The notes: generated by a model from the sequence alone, not told the origin. Positions 1 through 9,840 are shown, counted from the stretch's first letter. The stretch: 64,000 nucleotides of DNA from an uncultured Gemmatimonadales bacterium (GCA_963783385.1 CAWANJ010000006.1:1-64000), one strand, 5' to 3'. Numbers and translations: made by a program.

Positions 1-1
1 C

Positions 2-394
2 GACGTGGTGAAGCAAGCCTACGCGGCCTTCGGCCGGGGCGACATTCCCGCCGTGCTCGGGGCCATGGCCCCGGAGATGGCCTGGTCCGAGGCGGAGGGG
101 AACCCGTACATGCCGAGCGGGGAGGCCTGGATCGGACCGGACGCCATCCTCGAAAAGCTGTTCATGCGGCTCGGCACCGAGTGGGACGGCTTCACCGTGC
201 ACACCGGCACTTTCCACGACACCGGTGACGTGGTGGTCATGGAAGGCCGTTACACCGGCACGTACCTGGCGACGGGGCGCGCCCTGGACGCGCAGGTGTG
301 CCACGTGTGGACGCTGAGAGATGGGAAGCTGGTCAAGTTCCAGCAGTACGTCGACACGGGGCAGCTCCAGGAGGTGGTGCGCGCGGGCTCCTGA
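2..394 (+). CDS. SnoaL-like/NTF2 family protein (5'-truncated by window edge)
   Basis: YAAFGRGDIPAVL...VCHVWTLRDGKLVKFQQYVDT, a typical SnoaL_2 pattern; frame is open to the window start. Confidence 0.85.
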   Translation, partial: DVVKQAYAAFGRGDIPAVLGAMAPEMAWSEAEGNPYMPSGEAWIGPDAILEKLFMRLGTEWDGFTVHTGTFHDTGDVVVMEGRYTGTYLATGRALDAQVCHVWTLRDGKLVKFQQYVDTGQLQEVVRAGS

Positions 395-425
395 GCAGGC
401 CCCCGACCCGGCCTCTGACAACGCC

Positions 426-1259
426 ATGACACCCCCGGAACGGATCCGCCGCCTGCGCCCGCCGGGCCGCCGCGTGCGGCGCTTCCTGCGCTACGCGCTC
501 GGCGAAGTGGTCATCGTCACGATCGGCATCCTCATCGCGCTCCAGATCAACGGCTGGAACGCGGCGCGGGTGGACCACGGCCGCGAGCACGGCTACGTCG
601 CGTCAATGCTGGGGGATCTCCGGGCGGACATCGGCACCATCGACCGGACCGTCTCCGGAAATCGCATCGTGCTGGACGGGCTCGACTCCCTCCTCCAGCA
701 GCTCGCCGACCCCCGGGACGACGCGGCGTACCGTCGTCACCTCTACCTCACGTCGCTGGTGCGGACGTACTGGTACCTGGTCGCCGACTTCCCCGAGCTC
801 ACCCTCACGCAACTCGAGAACAGCGGGAACCTGCAGCTCATCCGGGACGACAGCGTGAAGGTGGCTCTCCTCGGCTACCGGCAGACCATCAACGCGAGCC
901 GGTACCAGTACGACGAGCTCACCCGGTACTTCCACGTGGTCGAGGCCACGGAGAAGCGGATCTTCGACTACCGGCTGGGCCGACGGGCCCTCGGATACAT
1001 CGACGCCGACACGAGGCACATGCTGGGGCCCCTGGACGCGTTCGAGCCCCTGCTGCCGGAGGGCCGGTATATCCTGGATGATCATCCGGCTCTGCGGGCC
1101 CAGTACTACGGCGACATCCTCTTCTACCGGTCGACGCTCACCCTCACGGTCCATTTCCTCCTCGAGCAGCGTCAGACGGCCGAGGCACTGATCACGCTCA
1201 TCGGCGCGCGGTACCCGTCCGTCGAGCGCGCCCGGCGGCGGGCGGACCACGGCACGTGA
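426..1259 (+). CDS. DUF6090-like membrane-anchored protein
   Basis: RYALGEVVIVTIGILIALQINGWN N-terminal TM motif and the later QLENSGNLQLIRDDSVK motif. Confidence 0.75.
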   Translation: MTPPERIRRLRPPGRRVRRFLRYALGEVVIVTIGILIALQINGWNAARVDHGREHGYVASMLGDLRADIGTIDRTVSGNRIVLDGLDSLLQQLADPRDDAAYRRHLYLTSLVRTYWYLVADFPELTLTQLENSGNLQLIRDDSVKVALLGYRQTINASRYQYDELTRYFHVVEATEKRIFDYRLGRRALGYIDADTRHMLGPLDAFEPLLPEGRYILDDHPALRAQYYGDILFYRSTLTLTVHFLLEQRQTAEALITLIGARYPSVERARRRADHGT

Positions 1260-1830
1260 GTCGGCCAGCAAGGTTCGCGCGCGGGCTGCGCTGGTTCGCG
1301 GCCGAGTTCGCCGTGGTCGTCTCCGGCGTGCTGGTGCCCGACTCGGCGCGTGTGTGGCTCCAGTGGAACCGCGGCTGGTACTCGGATCCCCGGCCGGTCG
1401 CGGGCACGGTCACCACGCTGATCCAGACGGGCGACATTCGCCTGATCCGTGACCCGGCGCTGCGGGCCGGGATCGTCTCCTACGCGAACTCCATCACGAC
1501 GGACATGCAGCGGCTCAGCAAGAACGTGGACCGGCTGATGGGGGCCAACGACGACGAGCGCGCGCGACTGGAGCGGGACGGTGTTCCGTCCGACATGGGC
1601 ATCCGGGAGCCCGACCGCCCCGCCCGGGACAAGGAGAACGGCTCCAACACGGATGCGCAGGTCGAGCGCATGCTCAGGCGGTAGTTGCGTCCTGGAGCGT
1701 CCTGCGCGCGGACCCCGAGCTGCGTGCGATCCAGGCCGTACGTGTGGCGGGGTTCACAACTCGCGTACTCTACCTGAAGTGGACGCTCGCCAAGACGCGC
1801 GAGCTTCGCCGCCGACTCGAGAGGTCATGA
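1256..1830 (+). pseudogene. DUF6090-like paralog with in-frame internal deletion (~1336) and a frameshift at ~1680
   Basis: RWFAAEFAVVVSGVLV matches paralog 34464 but jumps straight to PDSARV; TLIQTGDIRLIRDPALR motif; the other frame continues VVASWSVLRADPELR...RRRLERS* to 1830, overlapping the next ATG. Confidence 0.6.
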
Positions 1831-2189
1831 TGGCTACCGTCCTGTTCGTGCGCGTCAAGTCGGACCTGGATCCGGAGAAGCTGGAACGCCGCGTGGAGGA
1901 GCGCCGGCCCCGCTTCCTGGAGGGCCCGGGTCTCCTGCAGAAGATCTACGGGCGGGACCCGTCGACCGGACACGCGTGCGGGATCTACTTCTTCGAGTCC
2001 GCGGAGGCGCTGCGCGCGTACGGCGAGAGCGAGCTGGCCCGCACGATCGGCGCGGCCTACGAGGCCGTCGAGGTGCGCCGCGAGGTGTACCACGTGCTCT
2101 TCCCGCTCCGGCCGGAAGTGGGGCCGTTGGGGGGGCTGCAGGTTGGTCAGCCGACGAAGGTCGTGAACCGGCGTCCCCGGGGGGAGTGA
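1830..2189 (+). CDS. YdhR-family putative monooxygenase (dimeric alpha/beta barrel)
   Basis: RFLEGPGLLQKIY...GIYFFESAEALRAY; ATGA coupling to the upstream gene. Confidence 0.75.
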   Translation: MATVLFVRVKSDLDPEKLERRVEERRPRFLEGPGLLQKIYGRDPSTGHACGIYFFESAEALRAYGESELARTIGAAYEAVEVRREVYHVLFPLRPEVGPLGGLQVGQPTKVVNRRPRGE

Positions 2190-2446
2190 CGAACGTGAAG
2201 GACATCCAGATCCGCCACTGACTCTTCCGCAAGTCGATAGCCGCCCGTGCGGCGGCCCGGCTCCGGGACGCCTACCCCGACGCACGCGTCGAGACCGTGA
2301 GCGGGAAGCTCATGGAGATGACCGTGCGGGTGGATGGGGAGGCCGTCTACTCCACGCGGCACCTGGTGCCCGCCCGTCCCGAGGAGATCGCCCGCGGGGT
2401 GCGGGAGGCGATCGAGTCGAAGGGGAACGCCCGAAACGACCCGTAG
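2186..2446 (+). CDS. Rdx/SelW-like putative selenoprotein (in-frame UGA 2219-2221 = Sec); start GTG 2186 or 2195
   Basis: Manual translation MTNVKDIQIRH-U-LFRKSIAARAAARLRDAYPDARVETVSGKLMEMTVRVDGEAVYSTRHLVPARPEEIARGVREAIESKGNARNDP*; Rdx-like V.VDGE.VYS...P.PEEI tail; SECIS-like hairpin downstream of the UGA. Confidence 0.7.
2240..2256 (+). promoter_or_regulatory. Putative bacterial SECIS hairpin
   Basis: GCCGCC-CGTGC-GGCGGC; loop begins 24 nt after the UGA, with G at loop position 2 followed by U. Confidence 0.6.
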
Positions 2447-2570
2447 GGAGCCGCAATGGCGGGACCAGGCCGCGGCGGCCGTCGCCGCCGTCGGCCTGCG
2501 CACCGCTCACGTCACCGTCGACACCTCGGGATGGCTAGCCTGCACCCCGTGTACCCCGCCTCGCTCGCGG

Positions 2571-2774
2571 TCAGTCGTCGACGACGAACGTCACCATCAT
2601 GTTCACCTGGAACTCGGTGATGACCCCGTCCTTCACCCACACTTGCTGCTCCTTGATCCATGCACTGCGCACGTTGCGAAGCGTCTTGTTCGCCCTGGCG
2701 ATTCCGTCTTTGACGGCGTCCTCGAAGCCCGTGGTCGAGGTCGCGCTGATCTCGGATACCTTCGCGATCGACAT
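2571..2774 (-). CDS. Dodecin family flavin-binding protein
   Basis: MSIAKVSEISATSTTGFEDAVKDGIARANKTLRNVRSAWIKEQ...FVVDD. Confidence 0.9.
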   Translation of the reverse strand: MSIAKVSEISATSTTGFEDAVKDGIARANKTLRNVRSAWIKEQQVWVKDGVITEFQVNMMVTFVVDD

Positions 2775-2921
2775 GTGATCCTCCTCGTGTTCCGTGGTTG
2801 ATGGATCTTCTGGCAACTCCCCCCGTGAAAGCGGGGTCACGACAGCCGGAGTGAACGCGTACCAACGAGCTCACGCCAGGGCGGCCGCCTGCGAGGCCCG
2901 GAGTTCTCTCGAGCCGTCCAT

Positions 2922-3202
2922 TCACCACCTGCGTCGGGAGAACAGGTGGATGACTGCCACGAAAAGGGCGGCCCCGATGATGGACCACAGAATCGGGAAT
3001 GGACGGCCGCTGATGGTGACCATGAACGGCTCCGGGAGCGAGAGCGACCGTGCCACCCAGGGCCCGAGAAGGGCGCCAATGAAACCGAGAGCGATCGATA
3101 CGATCAGACCGCCGCGGACGCCACCCGCAATGGCCTTCCCGATGGCACCGCAAACCGCCGCGATCACGATGAGAAGCACCAGTGCCGGCAGCGAATGGTC
3201 AT
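2922..3202 (-). CDS. GlsB/YeaQ/YmgE family stress-response membrane protein (probable 1-nt indel near start)
   Basis: GLIVSIALGFIGALLG...WSIIGAALFV; GGAGG RBS precedes ATG 3202, and adding one T restores MTISLPALVLL. Confidence 0.8.
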
Positions 3203-3221
3203 GACGACCTCCGTTCGCGTT

Positions 3222-3422
3222 CTACTTCTCGATCGACTCGGCAACCCCGTCGAGGAGCTCGCCGACCTTTCGACGGGCCTTGCCGACGCTCTCCTCGACC
3301 GCGCCCTCGTCTTGCTGCCGAGCGCCCTCCTGCTCCAGAGCGCTGTCCCCCGTGAGGATGCCAGCAGCCTCCTCGATCCGCCCCTTCAGTTTCTTCACCT
3401 TGCCGTGGGCTTCCTGTTTCAT
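3222..3422 (-). CDS. CsbD family general stress protein
   Basis: GKVKKLKGRIEEAAGILTGDSALEQEG...GAVEESVGKA. Confidence 0.9.
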   Translation of the reverse strand: MKQEAHGKVKKLKGRIEEAAGILTGDSALEQEGARQQDEGAVEESVGKARRKVGELLDGVAESIEK

Positions 3423-3539
3423 GGTGTGTCCTCATGCGTTTGTGGATCCCGAGGATCTTCCTGGCGAGCCGGAGGCAAGGCGCGGGAGTCAGACTCGCAT
3501 GATCCGCGCCCGCGAGGGGAGTTCCTCTGGCGCCCGCGC

Positions 3540-4481
3540 TCAGCGTACATCGCCCGGCGTGAACGGTCGGGTTCGACCGGTCTCGGCCTCCCGCACGGTC
3601 TTTACATCGGCCGGGCTTATCGCGAGGGCATCATTGCCGCAGGAGGACCGGACGTAGGAGAGCACGGCGGCCAGCTCCCGGTCGGTGAGACGCGCGCCGA
3701 AGGCGGGCATCGTTCCATTGAAGGCGGCACCGCTTACCTGCATGGATCCCTGAAGTCCATAGAGCACGATACGGATGGGCGTTCGGGCTTCCCCCGTCAC
3801 CCAGTCCGACATCGCCAGCGGTGGGAACGCACCGGCCACCCCGCGCCCTCCGGCGCCGTGGCACGCCGCGCAATTCCGGGTAAAGACGTCCGATCCACTC
3901 ACCTGCCCTCCGTCCCGTTCGGGCGGTGCCGCCGTATCGGAGGGCGTGTCCTGGAGCGCCTGTTCGTAGAGTTGGGCCATCCGGACATTCATCGCGGCCA
4001 GGTCCTGCTCACCGGCCTGCCGGTGCATCTCCGCCATGGCCTGGTGCATGCCGAGCATCTGTTGGTCCCACTCACGGACGCCGCCCATGCGCATTCCTCC
4101 AACCATGCCGCTGCCCATCATGCCACCACGCCCCATCGTGGCACCGCGGCCCATCATCCCACCCCGGACCATCGCGGTGTCGGAGAACATCAGCCCGTGC
4201 ATCTCCGCCACTTGTCCATACATCTGCTGCATGGACTGGAAGACTCGACGCTGGTCGACGGAAAGCCCGGAGGCCATCCCGGCGTAGCGCGTCATGAGGG
4301 AGTCGTAGGCACCGCCGATCTGCGCATAGATCGCCCTCAGCCTCGCCGTGTCGGGGGCCTGTACCTGTACGGCCGCTGCGTCCGCCGCACCCGGGCGGCT
4401 GGAGCCGTCCGTCGGTCCGCAGGCGGAAAGGGCAAAGGGCAAGGCGCACAAGACGACCGAAAACGTCGTGCTCGTTCTCAC
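3540..4481 (-). CDS. Lipoprotein c-type cytochrome with Met/Gly-rich N-terminal region
   Basis: Lipobox LSAC; CAACH heme motif; GAFPPLA; MPAF axial Met; GMMG repeats. Confidence 0.85.
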   Translation of the reverse strand: MRTSTTFSVVLCALPFALSACGPTDGSSRPGAADAAAVQVQAPDTARLRAIYAQIGGAYDSLMTRYAGMASGLSVDQRRVFQSMQQMYGQVAEMHGLMFSDTAMVRGGMMGRGATMGRGGMMGSGMVGGMRMGGVREWDQQMLGMHQAMAEMHRQAGEQDLAAMNVRMAQLYEQALQDTPSDTAAPPERDGGQVSGSDVFTRNCAACHGAGGRGVAGAFPPLAMSDWVTGEARTPIRIVLYGLQGSMQVSGAAFNGTMPAFGARLTDRELAAVLSYVRSSCGNDALAISPADVKTVREAETGRTRPFTPGDVR

Positions 4482-4716
4482 AGGTTCTGCTCCCTTCGGT
4501 TCACGTCTGGCGAGCGTCGCCCGCCCATCGATGACACCGAGCAGGGGCGGCCCTCGAGAGGCGTCAAGACCGGTTCGCTTTGACTTGAAAATCTACGGGG
4601 AACGTCTGGCGTGGGACATCACTCATTCGACTGAGTTGTTGCCTAATCCGGAAGGACTACTGGACCCGGGACGACTCGAGCGTCGCGGCGCCCGCGCTCG
4701 GCGGGCCCGCGCCCTC

Positions 4717-4749
4717 AGTCTGGACTCGATCCAATATTTGTGTTATTCT
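4717..4749 (+). promoter_or_regulatory. Sigma70-type promoter for leaderless fur with overlapping Fur/PerR-type operator
   Basis: TGGACT(4721)-N17-TATTCT(4744) with TG extension; ATG 7 nt downstream with no RBS; TGGA-N5-TCCA inverted repeat at 4721-4733. Confidence 0.6.
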
Positions 4750-4756
4750 TCATAGC

Positions 4757-5225
4757 ATGACACGACACCCCCGAAGAGCTCCGGGCCACCCTCCGCAAGG
4801 CGGGCCTGCGCGCCACCGCCCAGCGCATCGCCGTGCTGAGCGTGCTGCGCGACTCGCACGACCACCTGTCGGCCGACCGCGTGACCGAAGAGGTCCGCTC
4901 CCGGCTGGGCACCGTGTCGACGCAGGCCGTCTACGACGTACTCGACGCGCTTACCTCGAAGGGCCTGGCGCGGCGGATCGAGCCGGCCGGGAGCCCCGCC
5001 CTGTTCGAAGGCCGCGTGGCCGACAACCACCACCACGTGGTGTGCCGCGTGTGCGGCGCCGTGGCGGACATCGACTGCGTGGTCGGCGCGGCACCCTGCA
5101 TGCAGGCATCGGATACGCGCGGATACGTGCTCGACGAAGCGGAGATCACCTTCTGGGGCGTCTGCCCCGACTGCCAGGGCGGGCCGGGGCGGCCGAGTCC
5201 CCGGAAGCTTCCGCGAAGCTCCTGA
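4757..5225 (+). CDS. furA: Fur-family peroxide regulator (FurA/CatR-like); probable 1-nt indel in the C run at ~4770
   Basis: LRKAGLRATAQRIAVL, VSTQAVYDVL, DNHHHVVCRVCG, WGVCPDC; directly upstream of catalase. Confidence 0.85.
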
Positions 5226-5322
5226 CCGCACGAGGGACGAGTTCTGACCGCGACTGATACGACCTCGAGACCCGACCGACGCAGGCCCGAACAAGAACCG
5301 ACCAACCAGAGAGGAAGAGACG

Positions 5323-6792
5323 ATGGCGAAGGACGAGAGGAAACCGACGACGACCGACTCGGGAGCCGCGGTTCCCAGCGACGAGTACTCCCTCACCGTG
5401 GGGCCCGACGGCCCGATCCTGCTGCACGATCACTACCTGATCGAGCAGATGGCCAACTTCAACCGGGAGCGGATCCCGGAGCGCCAGCCGCACGCCAAGG
5501 GCTCGGGCGCGTTCGGGCACTTCCAGGTCACCGAGGACGTGAGCGCCTACACGAAGGCGGCGGTGTTCCAGCCGGGCACGAAGACGGACACGCTCATCCG
5601 CTTCTCGACCGTGGCGGGCGAGCGGGGGAGCCCGGACACGTGGCGGGACCCGCGGGGCTTCGCCCTCAAGTTCTACACGACCGAGGGCAACTACGACATG
5701 GTCGGAAACAACACGCCGGTCTTCTTCATCCGCGACCCGATGAAGTTCCAGCACTTCATCCGGTCGCAGAAGCGGCGGGCCGACAACGGGCTCCGCGACC
5801 ACGACATGCAGTGGGACTTCTGGACCCTGTCGCCGGAGTCCGCCCACCAGGTGACCTGGCTCATGGGTGACCGCGGCATCCCGAAGACGTGGCGCCACAT
5901 GAACGGCTACTCCAGCCACACCTACATGTGGGTGAACGCCGACGGCGAGCGTTTCTGGGTCAAGTACCACTTCAAGACCGACCAGGGCATCGAGTTCCTG
6001 ACCCAGGAGGAGGCGGATCGGATCGCCGGCCAGGACGCCGACTACCACCGCCGCGACCTGTACGAGGCCATCGCGCGCGGAGACCATCCGAGCTGGACCC
6101 TCAGGGTGCAGATCATGCCCTTCGAGGAGGCGAAGACCTACCGGTTCAACCCCTTCGACCTCACCAAGGTGTGGCCGCACGCGGACTACCCGCTGCACGA
6201 GGTCGGCCGGCTCACGCTGGACCGGAACCCGACCGACTTCCACACCGAGATCGAGCAGGCCGCCTTCGAGCCCAACAACCTGGTGCCCGGAATCGGGGTG
6301 AGCCCGGACAAGATGCTCCTGGCCCGCGTGTTCGCCTACGGGGACGCCCACCGGGCGCGCATGGGGGTCAACTACAAGCTGATCCCCGTGAACCGGCCGC
6401 AGTGCCCGGTGCACAGCTACAGCAAGGACGGGGCGATGCGGGTGCAGAACGTCTCCGATCCCGTGTACGCGCCCAACTCCAAGGGCGGGCCCAAGGCGGA
6501 CCCGGAGCTGCACCCCTACATGGAGAAGTGGTCGGCGAGCGGCGAATTCATCCACGCCGCATACACGCCGCGCGAGGACGACGACGACTTCGTCCAGCCG
6601 GGCACGCTCGTCCGCGAAGTGATGGACGACGCGGCCCGCAACCGCCTGGTGTCCAACGTGGTCGGGCACCTCTCGAACGGCGTGTCCGAGCCCGTCCTGG
6701 AGCGGGCCCTCGAGTACTGGCGGAAGGTCGACCAGGACGTGGGAGACCGGATCGCCGAGGGCGTGGGCATGGCCGAGACCGTCGGGGCCTGA
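5323..6792 (+). CDS. katA: Monofunctional heme catalase (small subunit)
   Basis: [54 protein letters not shown] proximal Tyr motif. Confidence 0.97.
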   Translation: MAKDERKPTTTDSGAAVPSDEYSLTVGPDGPILLHDHYLIEQMANFNRERIPERQPHAKGSGAFGHFQVTEDVSAYTKAAVFQPGTKTDTLIRFSTVAGERGSPDTWRDPRGFALKFYTTEGNYDMVGNNTPVFFIRDPMKFQHFIRSQKRRADNGLRDHDMQWDFWTLSPESAHQVTWLMGDRGIPKTWRHMNGYSSHTYMWVNADGERFWVKYHFKTDQGIEFLTQEEADRIAGQDADYHRRDLYEAIARGDHPSWTLRVQIMPFEEAKTYRFNPFDLTKVWPHADYPLHEVGRLTLDRNPTDFHTEIEQAAFEPNNLVPGIGVSPDKMLLARVFAYGDAHRARMGVNYKLIPVNRPQCPVHSYSKDGAMRVQNVSDPVYAPNSKGGPKADPELHPYMEKWSASGEFIHAAYTPREDDDDFVQPGTLVREVMDDAARNRLVSNVVGHLSNGVSEPVLERALEYWRKVDQDVGDRIAEGVGMAETVGA

Positions 6793-6868
6793 GGCCCGGA
6801 ACGACCGTGGGCTGAAACCGGGCCCGCGAATAGAAGCCGGACCGGCGAATCGAGCCGGGTCCGCGAAG

Positions 6869-6907
6869 CGCCGCGCCGGATGCTCGCCCCGAGCGTCCGG
6901 CGCGGCG
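6869..6907 (+). terminator. Strong hairpin after catalase
   Basis: CGCCGCGCCGGATGCTCG-CCC-CGAGCGTCCGGCGCGGCG, 18-bp stem with one G-U pair; weak U tail. Confidence 0.55.
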
Positions 6908-6947
6908 TTCGTCTTGCCGGCCCTCGCCCTGCCCCGGATCTTGGGGC

Positions 6948-8837
6948 ATGCCTTCCCCCTCCGCGCTCCAGCGCTTCTTCGCCGAGCTCAAGCGGCGGCA
7001 CGTGTTCAAGGTCGCCACCGTGTACGGGGCGACCGGGTTCGCGGTGCTCCAGGTGGCCAGCCTCCTGGCCGGCGGCATGGGGCTCCCGCCCGTCGTGCTC
7101 CGGGTCACGACCTACCTGGTCATCGTCGGCTTCCCGATCGCCGTGGTGCTGGCCTGGGCCCTGGAGATCACCCCGGAGGGCGTGAAGCGGACGGACCCGG
7201 TCACCGCCGCCGAGCTGGACGCGATCGTCGCCCGGCCCGCGCGGCACCGCTGGCCGTCCGGTCTCCTGGCGCTCGTGGGCGTCGCGGCGCTCGTGCTCGG
7301 CGCCTGGTGGGTGGGGCGGCGATCGTCCGCCGAGGAGCCCTCCGGTCCGGAGGGGGCCGCGCCGGGCGCTCCGCGGGTCGCGATGGCCGGCGTCGGAGGC
7401 GCCGGTGCCGCCGTCCTCAAGCGCGCCTACGCCGACCTCTCCAGGGACTCCCGTCCCTCCGTCGCCGTCCTCCCCTTCGCCGACCTCAGCCCCAAGCACG
7501 ACCAGGGCTACTTCGCCGACGGGATGACCGAGGAGCTGATGAACGCGCTCACGCGGATCCGGCAGCTCAGGGTCGCGGGCCGGACCTCGTCCTTCGCCTT
7601 CAAGGGCAAGGACGAGAACATGCGCCAGATCGGGAAGGAGCTGGGGGTCCGCTACCTGGTCGCGGGGAGCGTGCGCAAGCAGGGGAACCACCTCCGGATC
7701 ACGGCGCAGCTCGTGGACGACTCGAGCGATTTCCAGCTGTGGTCGAACGCCTACGACCGCACCCTGGACGACGTGTTCCGCATCCAGACCGACATCGCCG
7801 AGGCCGTGGCGGGCCAGCTCAAGGTGTCGCTCGGCCTGGCCGCCGACTCGTCGCTCGTGAAGCCCACGACCGACCAGAAGGCCTACGACCTGTACCTCAC
7901 CGGCCGGGAGCGGATGCGGGCCCGGGGGACCGGCGTCCGGGCCGCCGTGAGCCTGTTCCGGCAGGCGACCGAGCGCGACCCGGAGTGGGCTCCGGCGTGG
8001 GCCGGGCTCGCGCAGGCCTATTCCCTGGTCCCCTACTACGCGAAGCCCGATTGGGAGGATGTCGACTCGGCCACGTGGGCGGCGGCGCTCGACTCGGCCG
8101 GAGTCGCGGCCCGCCGGGCCCTGTCCCTCGATCCGCAGAACGCCGCAGCGGAGGTCGCGCTCGGGAACGCGTTCCGCGACCGGTGGCAGTGGAGGGAGGC
8201 CGAGTCGCACTACCTGAAGGCGCTGGCGATCGATCCGGACGACGTGGAGGCCCACCAGCAGTACGCGGAGATGCTCGCCGGCGAGGGGCGCGTGCCGGAG
8301 GCGGTGCGGAGCGCCCGGCGCGCCGTGGCGCTCGACCCGAGCTCGCTCATCCGGCTCAACGCGCTCGGGTTCATCCTGGACCTGGACGGGAAGGTGTCCG
8401 AGTCCATCGAGGTCCTCTCCCGGGCGGTGGAGGCGCGGCCGGGCTTCCCGTCGGCCTACACGAACCTGGCCAGGGCGTACCTGCACCAGGGCGACCTCGC
8501 GGGCGCGGTCTCGGCGCTGCGGGCGATGCCGGCCGCGTTCGGCGTTCCCGTGTCGATCGACTCTCTCGAGCGCGGCTGGAAGGCGAACGACGGGCCCATG
8601 CTGCTGGCGTGCTGCCATGGGATCGTGTTGCCGTCGACGCTCCAGTCCCTGGGCGACACGGCGAGCGCCCTCGCCGCGGTCGGGCGCCTGGCCCGGTTCC
8701 TGGCGGACGCCCCGCCCTACTCCCCCAACGGCCTGGATGGGATCTGGCTCCTCCCGCCCTCCCTGGTCCACGACCCGCGGATAGCGCCGCTGCTCGAGCG
8801 GGCCGGGCTGAAGGCGTCGGGCGGACCGAGGGAGTAG
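6948..8837 (+). CDS. Membrane-anchored TolB-like/TPR repeat protein
   Basis: FFAELKRRHVFKVA N-terminus, TM helices, SVAVLPFADLS...YFADGMTEELMNAL, TPR repeats. Confidence 0.85.
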   Translation: MPSPSALQRFFAELKRRHVFKVATVYGATGFAVLQVASLLAGGMGLPPVVLRVTTYLVIVGFPIAVVLAWALEITPEGVKRTDPVTAAELDAIVARPARHRWPSGLLALVGVAALVLGAWWVGRRSSAEEPSGPEGAAPGAPRVAMAGVGGAGAAVLKRAYADLSRDSRPSVAVLPFADLSPKHDQGYFADGMTEELMNALTRIRQLRVAGRTSSFAFKGKDENMRQIGKELGVRYLVAGSVRKQGNHLRITAQLVDDSSDFQLWSNAYDRTLDDVFRIQTDIAEAVAGQLKVSLGLAADSSLVKPTTDQKAYDLYLTGRERMRARGTGVRAAVSLFRQATERDPEWAPAWAGLAQAYSLVPYYAKPDWEDVDSATWAAALDSAGVAARRALSLDPQNAAAEVALGNAFRDRWQWREAESHYLKALAIDPDDVEAHQQYAEMLAGEGRVPEAVRSARRAVALDPSSLIRLNALGFILDLDGKVSESIEVLSRAVEARPGFPSAYTNLARAYLHQGDLAGAVSALRAMPAAFGVPVSIDSLERGWKANDGPMLLACCHGIVLPSTLQSLGDTASALAAVGRLARFLADAPPYSPNGLDGIWLLPPSLVHDPRIAPLLERAGLKASGGPRE

Positions 8838-8899
8838 GGGCGATACGAGCGCCGGCGCGGGCGCCGACCGACCGACGCCAGGCGAAAGGTGAACCGCAC

Positions 8900-9823
8900 A
8901 TGAGCGCATCCAGACTCCGCACCCTGGGCGAGGCCGTGAGCGTCATCGCGCTCGTGGGCTCCCTGGTGTTCGTCGGGATCGAGACCCGCCAGAGCGCCGA
9001 GGCCACGCGGGCGGCCACCGTGCAGCGGCTGGGCGACGCCTTGCGGACGTGGAACCTGACCATGGCCGATCCCCGGCTGTGGGGGCCGGCCGCCCGGATG
9101 ATGCCCCTCGACGACTATTCCAAAGTCAGCACCGAGGACCGGGACGCGGTCGCGAGCCAGATTCGATCGCTGCTCGCGATCTGGTCCAACGTCCAGTTCC
9201 AGCACGGCCGTGGCTACCTGGATGATGACGACTGGCAGTCCATGCTGCGGAACATGCGGATGAACCTGGACGGGACGTACAGCGAGGGCTGGACCCGCCT
9301 GGTCCACTGGGTGTGGACACAGAACCGGCCGGTCTATCCGGACCGATTCCAGGCCCTGTTCGACAGCATCGACGCGGCGGCCTCGAGCGGTCGTGGCCCG
9401 GGAAGTGAGGCCATGGACATGCGGAGGCTGCGCGAGCTCGGGACCGGCTACACGGCCGCGTGGAACAGCGGCGACCCCGCGAAGGTGGCCGGCTTCTTCG
9501 CCCCGGACGGCTCTCTCAAGGTGAACGACGCGGAGCCCGCCGTGGGCCGCGAGGCGATCGCCGGCGTGGCCCGCGGCTTCATGACCGCGTTCCCGGACCT
9601 CCACCTCGTCATGGACTCCCTGGTGGAGAAGGACGGCGCCGCCCAGTACCACTGGACCTTCATCGGCACCAACACGGGCCCCGGCGGGACGGGCAAGGCC
9701 GTCCGGTTCAGCGGCTACGAGGCGTGGACCCTGGACCGGGACGGGCTCATCGCCCGCTCGCTCGGCCACTTCGACGAGGCCGAGTACCGGCGGCAGCTCG
9801 AGCGCGGCGTCGGGGGACCGTAG
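8900..9823 (+). CDS. TM-anchored helical domain fused in frame to a SnoaL/ester-cyclase domain (second RBS+ATG at 9413)
   Basis: LGEAVSVIALVGSLVFVGIETRQS; then YTAAWNSGDP...AFPDL...HWTFIGTNTGPGGTG...SLGHFD. Confidence 0.7.
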   Translation: MSASRLRTLGEAVSVIALVGSLVFVGIETRQSAEATRAATVQRLGDALRTWNLTMADPRLWGPAARMMPLDDYSKVSTEDRDAVASQIRSLLAIWSNVQFQHGRGYLDDDDWQSMLRNMRMNLDGTYSEGWTRLVHWVWTQNRPVYPDRFQALFDSIDAAASSGRGPGSEAMDMRRLRELGTGYTAAWNSGDPAKVAGFFAPDGSLKVNDAEPAVGREAIAGVARGFMTAFPDLHLVMDSLVEKDGAAQYHWTFIGTNTGPGGTGKAVRFSGYEAWTLDRDGLIARSLGHFDEAEYRRQLERGVGGP

Positions 9824-9840
9824 GGGCGCGGGCCCCATCC

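Noticed and set aside
2457-2555. TAHVTVDTSGWLACTPC, resembling an HMA CxxC motif
   Set aside because: No in-frame start or RBS, and it runs into the convergent dodecin gene; too short to distinguish from chance.
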